A stretch of DNA of 64,000 bases from Candidatus Moraniibacteriota bacterium (GCA_947311515.1 CAMZLB010000031.1:922-64921); one strand, 5' to 3'. Shown: positions 10,536-20,704, numbered from the stretch's first letter. Notes: a model not told the origin generated them from the sequence alone. Made by a program: numbers and translations.

Positions 10536-11918
10536 TTATAGTTTATCTCTATAAAACATATTATAAGTAGAAAATGGCATCTTTTTTAAATCTGGTGTGA
10601 TTATATGAACACAATCTTTTTTTACAGATTTAATATCAAAATTATAAACATCCACAAATGAAGTTACTGTAATTCTAAAAAAATTGTCATTTACATAATC
10701 GACTCTTTTTTGCTTTGATTGTAGTAATATCTTTGGATCAATGATAGATGCCATCTTTTTCATTGAATTCATGCATCCACCAGAACCCTTACAGCTAAAA
10801 ATTGGTTTAATTAAGTCCTTTGCTATATCCTCCATTGTAAATGTAAGTGTATTTTTTATGTTTGGTAAATAAGTTTCTATTTCTATATCATCCATAACAG
10901 ATTTCCATTTTCCTTCTTTAATTCTTTTAAAAAAAGAAATTGCAACCCTATCAATATCACAAGGCAATGGTATAAAATTATCAGTCTTTATCATTTTATT
11001 TGTTTGTTTTTCTATATCATTTAAAATACCTGTCAATGTTGAACGTTTCGTTATATTTTTTCTAGGCATTCTACCAAAAAAAGCAACTGGTTGAAAATTT
11101 ATACCACGAATCATTTTCTGATTCATTCCAAATTTTACTATCTCACCAACTTCATTATCATTAATACCATTTTCTATAGTAGCAACTAATGTTATAGGTA
11201 TATTGTATTTTGCTAAATTTTCAATAGCCTTATTTTTTATTTTCAACAAATCTCGTCCTCTAATTTTTTTTAAAACTTCCGCACTAAAACTATCAAACTG
11301 TAAATATATTTCAAAACCATTACTAAAGATATTAGATATTTTTTTTACAAATTCAATATCCTCTGCAAGTCTAATTCCATTTGTATTTAACATTACATAT
11401 TTAAATCCTTTTTTAGAAGCTAACTTTAGTATCTCTACTATTTGAGGATGAGTAGTTGGCTCTCCACCAGAAATTTGTAATATTTCAGCATTTCCATATT
11501 CAGAATCTATATAAAAATCCATCATTTCTTCTATTTTTTTTAAATCCAAAAAATCTCCTTCATTTGAATTAGCATAACACAAAGGACATCCTAAATCACA
11601 ATTATTGGTAACCTCAATTAAACCTATACATGTATGTTGTTCATGATCGGGACACAGCCCACAGTCAAATGGACATCCGTTTTTTATTTTTGTTTGCGTT
11701 TTACATTTTGTTCCTGGCTTATCATATTTTTTTCTATTTAAGTAATATTGTCCATCTTTTTCCAAAAGTTCTTTTTTTATACCATGCTTTAAACAATTTT
11801 TTAAAATAAAAACAGAACCATCTTCTAAAATAATTTTGGCATTTATTCGTTCTAAACACTTTTCACAAATACTAATCGTAGCTTCTATAAATAAATATTC
11901 CTTTTCATTCATAAACAT
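10536..11918 (-). CDS. Radical SAM enzyme with extra N- and C-terminal Cys-rich regions
   Basis: CDLGCPLCY (CX3CX2C). GGEP SAM motif (ILQISGGEPTT), LNTNG. N-terminal CEKC..C..C and GCPFDCGLCPDHEQHTC. C-terminal CKGSGGCMN. 460 aa. Confidence 0.8.
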   Translation of the reverse strand: MFMNEKEYLFIEATISICEKCLERINAKIILEDGSVFILKNCLKHGIKKELLEKDGQYYLNRKKYDKPGTKCKTQTKIKNGCPFDCGLCPDHEQHTCIGLIEVTNNCDLGCPLCYANSNEGDFLDLKKIEEMMDFYIDSEYGNAEILQISGGEPTTHPQIVEILKLASKKGFKYVMLNTNGIRLAEDIEFVKKISNIFSNGFEIYLQFDSFSAEVLKKIRGRDLLKIKNKAIENLAKYNIPITLVATIENGINDNEVGEIVKFGMNQKMIRGINFQPVAFFGRMPRKNITKRSTLTGILNDIEKQTNKMIKTDNFIPLPCDIDRVAISFFKRIKEGKWKSVMDDIEIETYLPNIKNTLTFTMEDIAKDLIKPIFSCKGSGGCMNSMKKMASIIDPKILLQSKQKRVDYVNDNFFRITVTSFVDVYNFDIKSVKKDCVHIITPDLKKMPFSTYNMFYRDKL

Positions 11919-11978
11919 TATTAAATAATAACCTCACTTACAAAGTATACCATAAAAATATTTCATTTTTTTTAAATT

Positions 11979-13238
11979 TTACTTTAAATAATCCTTATCT
12001 CGTAATTCTATATGATAAGTTATTGCAAATCTATGAGCCTCTTCTCTTAACTTTTCTATCAACTTTAAATTTGTTTTTATGGATGACTTAATCGGAAATT
12101 TTCTCGACTCATACACATCCACTTTTTTTCTAGTTAATCCTTTTGCAACTGAAAGTAATCCAATTGTTACACCAGATAATCCAAAGTCATTCATCAATTT
12201 TTCTCCCATATTTAGATGCCCTTGACCACCATCCAAAATTATAGTATTTGGAACTCCCCAATCATCTAAATGATTAAATCTTCTAGCTAAAACTTCCCTC
12301 ATAGCCCCCACATCATCTATTCCAACTATATATTTAATTTTAAACTTTCTATATTTACTAGTATCAAGCTTACCTCCAATAGCTACAACCATAGAAGCTA
12401 CCATATATTCACCGTCAATATGAGATATATCATAACATTCTATTCGCTCTTTTAAAATATTAAAAGGATCTTCTTTTTTCAATAGAGCTATGTCATTTAT
12501 ATGCATTAGAGAATATAATTGTTTTTTTACTAAATTTGCTTTTTCAAATTCCTGTTTTTGTGCATAACTTTTCATTTCTCTTTCTAATTCCTTTATTATC
12601 TTCTTTTTATGACCTGTTAAAAATAAAGAGACATTTCTCATATTTTTCTTGTAATCCTTTTCAGTTATATTGTCATCATAAGGACCTGGACATAATCCTA
12701 TTTGATACGATAAGCATCCTTTTTCAGTTCTTTCACTTCGATTATGAAATGGAAAAATTTTTCTAATAATTTTTAGAGCAATTCTCATATTTTCAGTAGA
12801 TGTATAAGGTCCAAATTTTCTTCCTTCAATAATTTCTTTTGTTTTATTTTTTGTTTTTTGAAAATCTGTTTTCCTAAGAATCAAAACTCTTGGAAATTTT
12901 TCTTTTGTTATTAAAAAATATGAGTAAGTCTTATCATCTTTACCTTCTATATTAAATTTTGGTTGATATCTTTTTATGTATTCAGCTTCCAGTATAAGAG
13001 CTTCCAAAACACTATCTGTTTTGATAATTTCTAAATCAAATATTTTATCCACAAGTTTTTTCATTCTAGTGCCTCGACTTTTTTCTTCTTGTCCACTAAA
13101 ATATTGATTAACTCTATTTTTGAGAGATGTTGCCTTTCCTACGTATAAAATTTTATTTTCAAAAGATTTAAAAATATAAATTCCCGAAGTTTTGGGAAGA
13201 TTTCTTATCTTTTTCAAAACTTTTATTTCAACTTTCAT
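11979..13238 (-). CDS. uvrC: Excinuclease ABC subunit C, short form lacking C-terminal (HhH)2 domain
   Basis: GIY-YIG N-terminus (SGIYIFKSFENKILYVGKATSLKNRVNQYF). UVR-like FEKANLVKKQL. RNase-H-like endonuclease block ECYDISHIDGEYMVASMVVAIGGK...YRKFKIK. Ends right after that domain, 419 aa. Confidence 0.8.
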   Translation of the reverse strand: MKVEIKVLKKIRNLPKTSGIYIFKSFENKILYVGKATSLKNRVNQYFSGQEEKSRGTRMKKLVDKIFDLEIIKTDSVLEALILEAEYIKRYQPKFNIEGKDDKTYSYFLITKEKFPRVLILRKTDFQKTKNKTKEIIEGRKFGPYTSTENMRIALKIIRKIFPFHNRSERTEKGCLSYQIGLCPGPYDDNITEKDYKKNMRNVSLFLTGHKKKIIKELEREMKSYAQKQEFEKANLVKKQLYSLMHINDIALLKKEDPFNILKERIECYDISHIDGEYMVASMVVAIGGKLDTSKYRKFKIKYIVGIDDVGAMREVLARRFNHLDDWGVPNTIILDGGQGHLNMGEKLMNDFGLSGVTIGLLSVAKGLTRKKVDVYESRKFPIKSSIKTNLKLIEKLREEAHRFAITYHIELRDKDYLK

Positions 13239-13241
13239 TTA

Positions 13242-14390
13242 TCACTTTAAATCCTTTATAGGTACACATATTTCACCATGACATAGTTCATTAGAACTAC
13301 ATCCCGTATGTCCATCGCACTCTCTTGGAAGTTTTTCACCATTATCATTCTTTTTTATTTCTTTTATATCAGTAGGAGTTACCATCATATCTTTATCATA
13401 AAATGGTTTTTTTACATATAGTGCATTAATAGGATCAACGTAAAACATATCTATAACTGGATCACCTTCCTCTAAAGTCATAGCATAGTATGCTCCTGGA
13501 TATCTAGGACTTTTCTTTATTCCGGGAAGTGTGTAATATTTAACTCCTTCGTGTATTCCGAAATATCTTCTTTCTATATGTCCACAAAAAACTGCTTCTA
13601 CATTGTATTTTGAAAGCAAATTCATAACCTCATCCTTATTTGCAACTGAATTTTTAGATGTAAATTTAGATGAAACTAAAGAGTGATGCATAAAAATATA
13701 AACATGTTTATTAGTTTTCAACTTATTTTCAAGCCAAGCCATATTTTCTTTTGAAACAAATCCTGGTATATAATCTCCTGCTACTGGATTTTGAGGTGTA
13801 CCTCCTTTTTTGTGATAATTTGCATCCAATATTATAAATCTATAGGGTCCATTATCTATTGATTTATTTATATAATCAATATCTAAAGCCTTTTGAAACT
13901 GTCTCCTAGAAACTGAACGTAAGTCATGATTTCCAATTGTCCAGTAAGTAGACTTTCCAATTTTATCCATCTCTTGCTTTATAAGTTTGAGTTCTTCTAT
14001 TCCTACATCAAGAGGAACCTTGGTTCCTTCAATTATATCTCCTATATGAACTATAAACTCAGGTTGAAAACTATCCATTTCTTTTTTAAAATCTTCAAAT
14101 ATCTTTTTATATTTATCTGGAATATAAACATCTGTAGCAGAACCTTCCCTATTTACTCTCTTTGAATTCAAATGTGTATCAGTTATAAGTCCTATTTTTA
14201 TAGACTCACCCTCTAATGAAACTTTATTTTCCCATAGTGGAATTTCTTTCTTCACCGGAAGAGGCCATTTACCGAAATGCTCATATTCAGGAGTATCATA
14301 GGAATTGAAATACCAAATATACGAACCTACAGCTAAAAACGTAGCACCTAACAACATAGCACCCAATAGCATGACAATATATTTTATCAT
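13242..14390 (-). CDS. Calcineurin-like metallophosphoesterase, membrane-anchored/secreted, Cys-rich C-terminus
   Basis: N-terminal TM. Motifs GLITDTHLN, HIGDIIEG, GNHD, CGHIERRY. C-terminal ECDGHTGCSSNELCHGEIC. Confidence 0.7.
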   Translation of the reverse strand: MIKYIVMLLGAMLLGATFLAVGSYIWYFNSYDTPEYEHFGKWPLPVKKEIPLWENKVSLEGESIKIGLITDTHLNSKRVNREGSATDVYIPDKYKKIFEDFKKEMDSFQPEFIVHIGDIIEGTKVPLDVGIEELKLIKQEMDKIGKSTYWTIGNHDLRSVSRRQFQKALDIDYINKSIDNGPYRFIILDANYHKKGGTPQNPVAGDYIPGFVSKENMAWLENKLKTNKHVYIFMHHSLVSSKFTSKNSVANKDEVMNLLSKYNVEAVFCGHIERRYFGIHEGVKYYTLPGIKKSPRYPGAYYAMTLEEGDPVIDMFYVDPINALYVKKPFYDKDMMVTPTDIKEIKKNDNGEKLPRECDGHTGCSSNELCHGEICVPIKDLK

Positions 14391-14489
14391 TTTTAAAATA
14401 ATAATATTTAAAAATATTTATTTTTACATATTATGTAAACAAAAATACTATATATATATAGTAACACATTTCATATCTAAGTTAAACTA

Positions 14490-17330
14490 TTACTTTAAAA
14501 TTTCATATAAATATTTTGCTGTTTCTGATTTATCTCTATAACTTACAATATCTTCTGGAGTACCACTAATAATAACCTTTCCTCCTCCACTTCCACCTTC
14601 TGGTCCCATATCTATTATCCAATCAGCTGTTTTTATCACATCCATATTATGCTCTATTACAACTACAGTATTACCAGATTCTCTGAGTCTCCGTAAAACA
14701 TGCAATAATTTATCCACATCTGCAAAATGTAATCCAGTAGTAGGTTCATCCAAAATATAGAGAGTTTTTCCTGTAGCCTTTTTTGCAAGCTCTGTAGCAA
14801 GTTTAATTCTCTGTGCTTCACCTCCAGACAAAGTCGTTGCACTTTGACCTAAGAGAATATATCCGAGTCCCACATCTTTAAGTGTACTTAGAATAATTTC
14901 AATTCCATGATATGATTCAAAAAATTCAACAGCTTCATTTACAGTCATTTTAAGTATATCTGAAATAGTCTTATTTCTATAAGTAACTTGTAATGTTTCT
15001 GAATTATATCTTTTGCCTTTACATATATCACAAGGTAAAAACACATCCGCCATAAATTGCATCTCAACTTTCAGATATCCATCACCAGAACAATGATCAC
15101 ATCTTCCACCATGTACATTAAAGCTAAATCTACCTGCTTTGTACCCTCTCATCCTTGAAGACTTCGTATTTGCAAATAAATCTCTCACAGCTGTAAACAT
15201 TCCAGTATATGTAGCAGGATTTGAGCGTGGAGTTCTGCCTATTGGAGATTGATCTATCATTATCACCTTATCAATATTTTCAAGTCCTAAGATCTCTTTA
15301 TGTTTTCCAGGTCGCTTCCTACTTTTCATGACTTTATTTGAAACTCCTCTGTACAATATATCTTCCACAAGAGTACTCTTACCGCTTCCACTCACTCCAG
15401 TAACAACTGTAAAAAGTCCCAATGGAAAAGTTACATTTATGTTTTTTAAATTATGCTCATTTGCACCAATTACCACTAGAGATTTTTTTCCTTTAATTTT
15501 TTTTCTAAATGCAGGAATTTCAATTATTTTTTCTCCTGTTAAATATTTTGCTGTTATGGAATTTTTATTTTTCATAACTTCATTTGGTGTGCCTGCTGCA
15601 ACAATTTGCCCTCCATGCTTTCCTGCTCCTGGTCCAATATCCACCAAGAAATCTGATGCACGCATAGTTTCTTCATCATGTTCTATCACGATAACACTGT
15701 TTCCAAGATCTCTTAAATAGAGCAAGGTTTCTAATAATTTAGAATTATCTCTTGCATGAAGTCCAATTGAAGGCTCATCAAGAATATAAAGTACTCCTAC
15801 AAGCCGTGAACCAATCTGACTAGCAAGTCTAATTCTCTGTGCCTCTCCACCAGATAAAGTATGAGCACTTCTAGATAAACTCAAATATCCAAGACCTACC
15901 TTAGACAAAAATGTCAATCGATTTATTATCTCTTTGATAATTCTAGAACCTATTAATTTTTCAGTTTCACTTAATTCAAGATCTAAAAAATATTTTTTAG
16001 TTTCTTCGATTGTCATAGATGACACATCTGAAATATTTTTTTCTCCAATATTAATCCATAAAACCTCTTCTCTGTAACGACTGCCATTACATTTTTTACA
16101 TGGCTTTTGAGACATATATTGCTCTATATCTTTTCTGACATTATCACTTTCTGTTTTTCTATATCTCTCCTCCAAAAATCCTACAACACCTTTCCATTTT
16201 ATATTAAACTTCCATATACTTCCCTTTGAGCTTCTGATTTTTACAGGTATTTCATCATATTCCTCATCACCATTCATAAGAATATTAAATTTATTTTCTT
16301 TAAAATCCTTAATTCTTACATTTTCATCTATGTTATAGTACTCCATAACAGCCTTAAGAATTCCACCATAATACCCATTTTTCTTCTTATTGCTCCATGG
16401 CAAAATTCCACCTGCTGCAACTGTTTTGCTCGTATCATCTATTATCATACTTAAATCTATTTCCTTTTTAGCTCCAAGTCCTTCACATGCGTCACATGCT
16501 CCATAAGGAGAATTAAAACTGAAAAGTCTAGGCGCTAATTCTGGAAATGTTATTTTAGGATGTTTCGCACATGCCATTTTTTGGTTAAATATGTCTGACT
16601 TTCCATCTTTTTTAATCATCACCATACCTCCTGCAATTTTTAGCGATATTTCAACAGCTTCGAAAATTCTTGAAATATTATCTTCATTTATTTCTATGGT
16701 ATCTACCACTACTTCTATATCATGTTTTTTATATCTATCCAATTTCAAATCGCTTACATCATCTAAATTGTACTTCTCTTTATTTATATATGCATCTACA
16801 AATCCCCTATCCCACATATCCGACAATAACTTAAGATAAGTCCCTTTTCTAAATCTAACTATAGGAGCAAGAATTTCACATTCTTTTCCATTTCCAAAGT
16901 CCATAATCTGCGTAACTATTTCATCAGTAGAAAGTGCAGTTATTGCAGTTGAACACTTAGGACAGTAAGGTATTCCAATCTTTGCATATAAAAGTCTTAA
17001 ATAATCCTGAATTTCCGTAACTGTTCCAACTGTAGAACGAGGATTATGCGATGTAGTTTTTTGATCTATGCTAATAGCAGGAGAAAGTCCTTCTATCATA
17101 TCCACATCTGGCTTATCTATCTGACCCAGAAATTGACGTGCATAACTAGATAAACTTTCCAAATACCTTCTCTGACCTTCTGCAAAAATAGTATCAAACG
17201 CAAGAGTTGATTTTCCACTTCCTGAGAGTCCTGTAAACACAACAAAAGAGTCACGAGGAATTGTAAGATTTATATTTTTTAAATTATGCTCTCTAGCTCC
17301 TTTTATAACTATTTCATTTTTTTTATTCAT
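14490..17330 (-). CDS. uvrA: Excinuclease ABC subunit A
   Basis: MNKKNEIVIKGAREHNLKNI..., GLSGSGKSTLAFDTIFAEGQRRYLESLSSYARQF. Two ABC modules with zinc-finger inserts. ORF table starts 35 codons earlier at 17435, but the conserved N-terminus fits the Met at 17328-17330. Confidence 0.93.
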   Translation of the reverse strand: MNKKNEIVIKGAREHNLKNINLTIPRDSFVVFTGLSGSGKSTLAFDTIFAEGQRRYLESLSSYARQFLGQIDKPDVDMIEGLSPAISIDQKTTSHNPRSTVGTVTEIQDYLRLLYAKIGIPYCPKCSTAITALSTDEIVTQIMDFGNGKECEILAPIVRFRKGTYLKLLSDMWDRGFVDAYINKEKYNLDDVSDLKLDRYKKHDIEVVVDTIEINEDNISRIFEAVEISLKIAGGMVMIKKDGKSDIFNQKMACAKHPKITFPELAPRLFSFNSPYGACDACEGLGAKKEIDLSMIIDDTSKTVAAGGILPWSNKKKNGYYGGILKAVMEYYNIDENVRIKDFKENKFNILMNGDEEYDEIPVKIRSSKGSIWKFNIKWKGVVGFLEERYRKTESDNVRKDIEQYMSQKPCKKCNGSRYREEVLWINIGEKNISDVSSMTIEETKKYFLDLELSETEKLIGSRIIKEIINRLTFLSKVGLGYLSLSRSAHTLSGGEAQRIRLASQIGSRLVGVLYILDEPSIGLHARDNSKLLETLLYLRDLGNSVIVIEHDEETMRASDFLVDIGPGAGKHGGQIVAAGTPNEVMKNKNSITAKYLTGEKIIEIPAFRKKIKGKKSLVVIGANEHNLKNINVTFPLGLFTVVTGVSGSGKSTLVEDILYRGVSNKVMKSRKRPGKHKEILGLENIDKVIMIDQSPIGRTPRSNPATYTGMFTAVRDLFANTKSSRMRGYKAGRFSFNVHGGRCDHCSGDGYLKVEMQFMADVFLPCDICKGKRYNSETLQVTYRNKTISDILKMTVNEAVEFFESYHGIEIILSTLKDVGLGYILLGQSATTLSGGEAQRIKLATELAKKATGKTLYILDEPTTGLHFADVDKLLHVLRRLRESGNTVVVIEHNMDVIKTADWIIDMGPEGGSGGGKVIISGTPEDIVSYRDKSETAKYLYEILK

Positions 17331-17712
17331 ATCTTTTATATAATTTTCTTTAGTAAGATTTAAAAAGAAAGGTTTAGTGTAATAATTTATAATAAATGAT
17401 AATTTACTATTATATGTCAAATTTAAATTCCCCAATTACTAGAATTTCAGTTTTTAATTTAAACATAATATAGGAATAAATATGCTCAGTCCCTACGATA
17501 ATTTGAATTATTTACTAATGTTTATTTTTTTTACAAATAACAAGTATTTCTATTCCTAAATTTGAGTAATTTTTAAATTTAAATTAAGTTTTTAACAAAA
17601 AACGCAAAATATTACGTCTCCACTACATATCCAAAAGCTCTTTTCTCTTTTGAAATATGTTTATTCATCAATACTTTGTTAGTATATCATATTATTTTTA
17701 AACAAAGAAAAA

Positions 17713-17756
17713 GAGAAGATTTTTTTATTGTGTAATTTTACACAAAACCTTCTCTA
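17713..17756 (-). terminator. Rho-independent terminator-like nested inverted repeat downstream of 17760..18230 gene
   Basis: AGAGAAG...TTGTGTAA-tt-TTACACAA...CTTCTCT followed on the minus strand by a T-run. Confidence 0.45.
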
Positions 17757-17759
17757 TTT

Positions 17760-18230
17760 TTAGTAGCGTCGCCCTCCTAGCCTGTCTAATATTTCAGATA
17801 CAGATCTCGATATAGATCTTCCGGAATCTATTATGATTCCTCTACTAGCCTCTGTGGCAGCACCACTTATGGTATTTCTGTTATGTTCCGCTTCTACTCT
17901 AACCCAAGATTCAGCTGTATATGCAGCAGCCGCAGAGTTTCTTATATCCTGTGCTTCCCGCGCTTGAACCTCTCTCCAATCTGTGCCATAGGTACTCTCA
18001 TATCGTGATGAGCGAGCACTCATCACAGATTGAGGATTATTCCAGTGACTATTTGGATATCCACTCATACTAATAGGAGTTCCAAGATATTGTTGAGATA
18101 ATCCTCTTGTGTCTCTATTGTATGTATCCTGTACACTCCCATTATTTGGATATAAAGCAGTACATGCATTAAAAGTTAGAGTTAGTAAAACTAAAGCTGT
18201 TGAAAATAATGGTATATTTCTCTTTCTCAT
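17760..18230 (-). CDS. Small secreted protein/possible lipoprotein, compositionally GC-rich (foreign-looking)
   Basis: Signal peptide MRKRNIPLFSTALVLLTLTFNAC. S/R/A-rich mature part. Local GC visibly far above the 28% background (e.g. gtagcgtcgccctcctagcctgtc, gcagccgcagag). Confidence 0.5.
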   Translation of the reverse strand: MRKRNIPLFSTALVLLTLTFNACTALYPNNGSVQDTYNRDTRGLSQQYLGTPISMSGYPNSHWNNPQSVMSARSSRYESTYGTDWREVQAREAQDIRNSAAAAYTAESWVRVEAEHNRNTISGAATEASRGIIIDSGRSISRSVSEILDRLGGRRY

Positions 18231-18275
18231 TATTATCTCCTTATTTATATTTCGTTGTTAAATAACGATACTTTT

Positions 18276-18304
18276 ATTGTATACCATACTAATACATTTG
18301 TCAA
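18276..18304 (-). promoter_or_regulatory. Near-consensus sigma70-type promoter (TTGACA-17-TACAAT) for the GC-rich small gene, with AAGGAGA SD at the start codon
   Basis: Minus-strand read: TTGACAaatgtattagtatggtaTACAAT, then about 35 nt, then AAGGAGATAATAATG. Confidence 0.45.
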
Positions 18305-18338
18305 GTATACTGATATTAGTATATTTTACAAAAATTTA

Positions 18339-18965
18339 CTAATACATATATTTTATAAAGTTATTAAAATAATCATCTCTAGTATAAAATTTTTCAAAAT
18401 TAATTTCTTTTAACTGACTTCCTCTTATATCAGATATAGCCAAAATTGTAAGTTCTGTAATTATGTAAAAATACTTATTACAAAAATCATTCAATGATTT
18501 ATCACAAAAATTTATATTTTTTTTTGCAAATCCATGTAACAAATTGTGGTGCTTTATAGTATTTATAATTATATTTTCCTCTAAGCCTGATAATTTAAAT
18601 ATTTTTAATATATTTTTAACTTTTTTAGCGCCTAATTCCTCATGTCCCACACATGATGAAATATCATCAACTAAACTAAAAGTCTCTGGCTTGGCTATAT
18701 CATGAAACAGTATTGATACAAATAATAATTCTTTTCTAGTATGTTTATCTATTTTTTGATTGAGATATTTACCCACTTCAGAATTTTTATTTTTAAAAAA
18801 AAAATCTTCATATTCTTTTAATGCATTTATAGAATGATTAAAAACAGAGTCATTATTATGACCATTATTATTTTCAATACAATTTTTTAGCTTATAAAAT
18901 TCTGGTAACTCATTGCAGAAATCGCCACTTTGTACTCTATCCACACTCAAATCTGAAATTTTCAT
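18339..18965 (-). CDS. HD-domain phosphohydrolase-like protein
   Basis: H...LFHDIAKP...HEELG...HHN pattern. 208 aa. Confidence 0.45.
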   Translation of the reverse strand: MKISDLSVDRVQSGDFCNELPEFYKLKNCIENNNGHNNDSVFNHSINALKEYEDFFFKNKNSEVGKYLNQKIDKHTRKELLFVSILFHDIAKPETFSLVDDISSCVGHEELGAKKVKNILKIFKLSGLEENIIINTIKHHNLLHGFAKKNINFCDKSLNDFCNKYFYIITELTILAISDIRGSQLKEINFEKFYTRDDYFNNFIKYMY

Positions 18966-19312
18966 ATATTTGTTTATTGTATAATTTATCTACATATCAC
19001 CACTAACATGATAACAAACATACAAAACAAAAACATTCTTTAATACTTTATAACATTTAGAAATACAAGTTATTTTATTTATCAAGTATATTAAATCATA
19101 TTAAAATACTATATTTCATCCAATTAAAATTTTTAGATTTTTATAAAAAATCGAAATCTTAAATAGCTCATAAGTCTAATTTTCAGATAAAAAACAAACC
19201 TTAAAGGTTTAATTAATTTTACTTATTTTCAAAATGATATTATATATGTAGATTACATATTATTAAAATCACTATTTAAATAATATAATACTTTCTACAT
19301 AATACAACTAAA

Positions 19313-20380
19313 TCAATTATGCAAATGTTTTTCTGTAAATTTAAAACTTTCTTTTAAGTTTGAGAAATCTTTATTTATTTTAGATTTATATTCTATGATA
19401 TCCTCACCCATAAAGACCATCCTTGGCTTAGTTTTTCTATTTTTTATACTTATAATCTCAAATTTTCCAAATGCATAATTAATCACAAAATACCCAAATT
19501 CTGATTTAACAACACCCTTTATTCTGTAAAAATTTTTCTTAGGATACTCTGAAAGAATTGTCTCAAGTTTATCTTTTGTGTAATTTTCTTTTGGTAAAAT
19601 TTCTATTAAATCCACTTCCATTTCTTGATGATAAAAATCGGTAACAATTTCACTACTATTAAACACTTTTGTATCCAGTCCAAATACAAGACTAGGATTC
19701 ACCTTTCCTCTATCTGTGAAAATTTTAGGTGTATCTAAGTTTATTTCATACACGTCATCCAGATTATCTTCTAAAGTTTCTTCATCTAAATCTTCATGTT
19801 TATTTATAAGTATTAAATCAGTATACCTTACCTGAAGTTTAAGTGTAAAACTCTTATCTAAATATCCAGAAAAATTCTCTGCATCTATAACAGTTATTAT
19901 TCCATCAATTTTTAGTCTATCATCCTTATTTATTTCAAAAACTACTGGAGCAGGTGTAGATGAACCAGAAGTCTCTATAATTATCCTATCAGGCTTACTA
20001 GCTATCAACTCATCAAGTGCATCACTTAAAGCACTCAACATGACATGACAAATACAGCCTTGAAGCATTTCCTTTACTAGGGTTGTATTTTCCAATTTTG
20101 CAAGTTCTGTGTCCACTCCAGTACTTCCTATTTCATTTTTTAGCCATGCAATTTTATAATCAGAACCCATACTTTTCATGAGTTTTGTGATGACTGTAGT
20201 TTTTCCAGAACCTAAGTATCCTGTAAATATAGTAACTGGAATTATATCTATTTCATTCTTTTTTTTAGTCTCTTTTTTCTGTTTTTTTTGTTTTTTAAAA
20301 GTTTTTTTATCATTGTCCCATATTTCTAATTTTAACTCTTCTAATTCTTCCGATGCCAAAAATGGTGATACATATTTCAT
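19313..20380 (-). CDS. COG0523/CobW-family G3E GTPase (metallochaperone-like)
   Basis: P-loop IFTGYLGSGKTT. GCICH metal-binding motif (LQGCICHVM). C-terminal CobW_C-like domain. K-rich N-terminal extension. Confidence 0.75.
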   Translation of the reverse strand: MKYVSPFLASEELEELKLEIWDNDKKTFKKQKKQKKETKKKNEIDIIPVTIFTGYLGSGKTTVITKLMKSMGSDYKIAWLKNEIGSTGVDTELAKLENTTLVKEMLQGCICHVMLSALSDALDELIASKPDRIIIETSGSSTPAPVVFEINKDDRLKIDGIITVIDAENFSGYLDKSFTLKLQVRYTDLILINKHEDLDEETLEDNLDDVYEINLDTPKIFTDRGKVNPSLVFGLDTKVFNSSEIVTDFYHQEMEVDLIEILPKENYTKDKLETILSEYPKKNFYRIKGVVKSEFGYFVINYAFGKFEIISIKNRKTKPRMVFMGEDIIEYKSKINKDFSNLKESFKFTEKHLHN

Positions 20381-20462
20381 ACTATATATTATAGCATCTT
20401 TTAGATTTCAAAAAAACCTCCTAAAATATACTAAAAAGAAAAAGTTACATTGAGCTCATCTT

Positions 20463-20547
20463 GTGCCGCGGGTGGGACTTGAACCCACACGACTGTTTAG
20501 GTCAAGGGATTTTAAGTCCCTCGTGTCTACCAATTCCACCACCGCGG
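20463..20547 (-). tRNA. tRNA-Leu (anticodon TAA), long variable arm
   Basis: GCCGCGGTGGTGGAATTGGTAGACACGAGGGACTTAAAATCCCTT...GGTTCAAGTCCCACCCGCGGCA. 7-bp acceptor. Anticodon loop CTTAAAA. Confidence 0.85.
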
Positions 20548-20633
20548 CATTTTTCTAAATACTATTTATATAATACTACAATTTTTTAATATTTTCAAAT
20601 AATTATTAGTTATTTGAAAATATTAACACACTG

Positions 20634-20704
20634 AGGTCGCGTCCGGACTTGAACCGGAGTAAAAGGTTTTGCAGACCTGTGCCTAACCGCTCGGCCACGC
20701 GACC
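20634..20704 (-). tRNA. tRNA-Cys (anticodon GCA)
   Basis: GGTCGCGTGGCCGAGCGGTTAGGCACAGGTCTGCAAAACCTT..TCCGGTTCAAGTCCGGACGCGACCT. Anticodon loop CTGCAAA. T-arm GGTTCAAGTCC. Confidence 0.8.
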
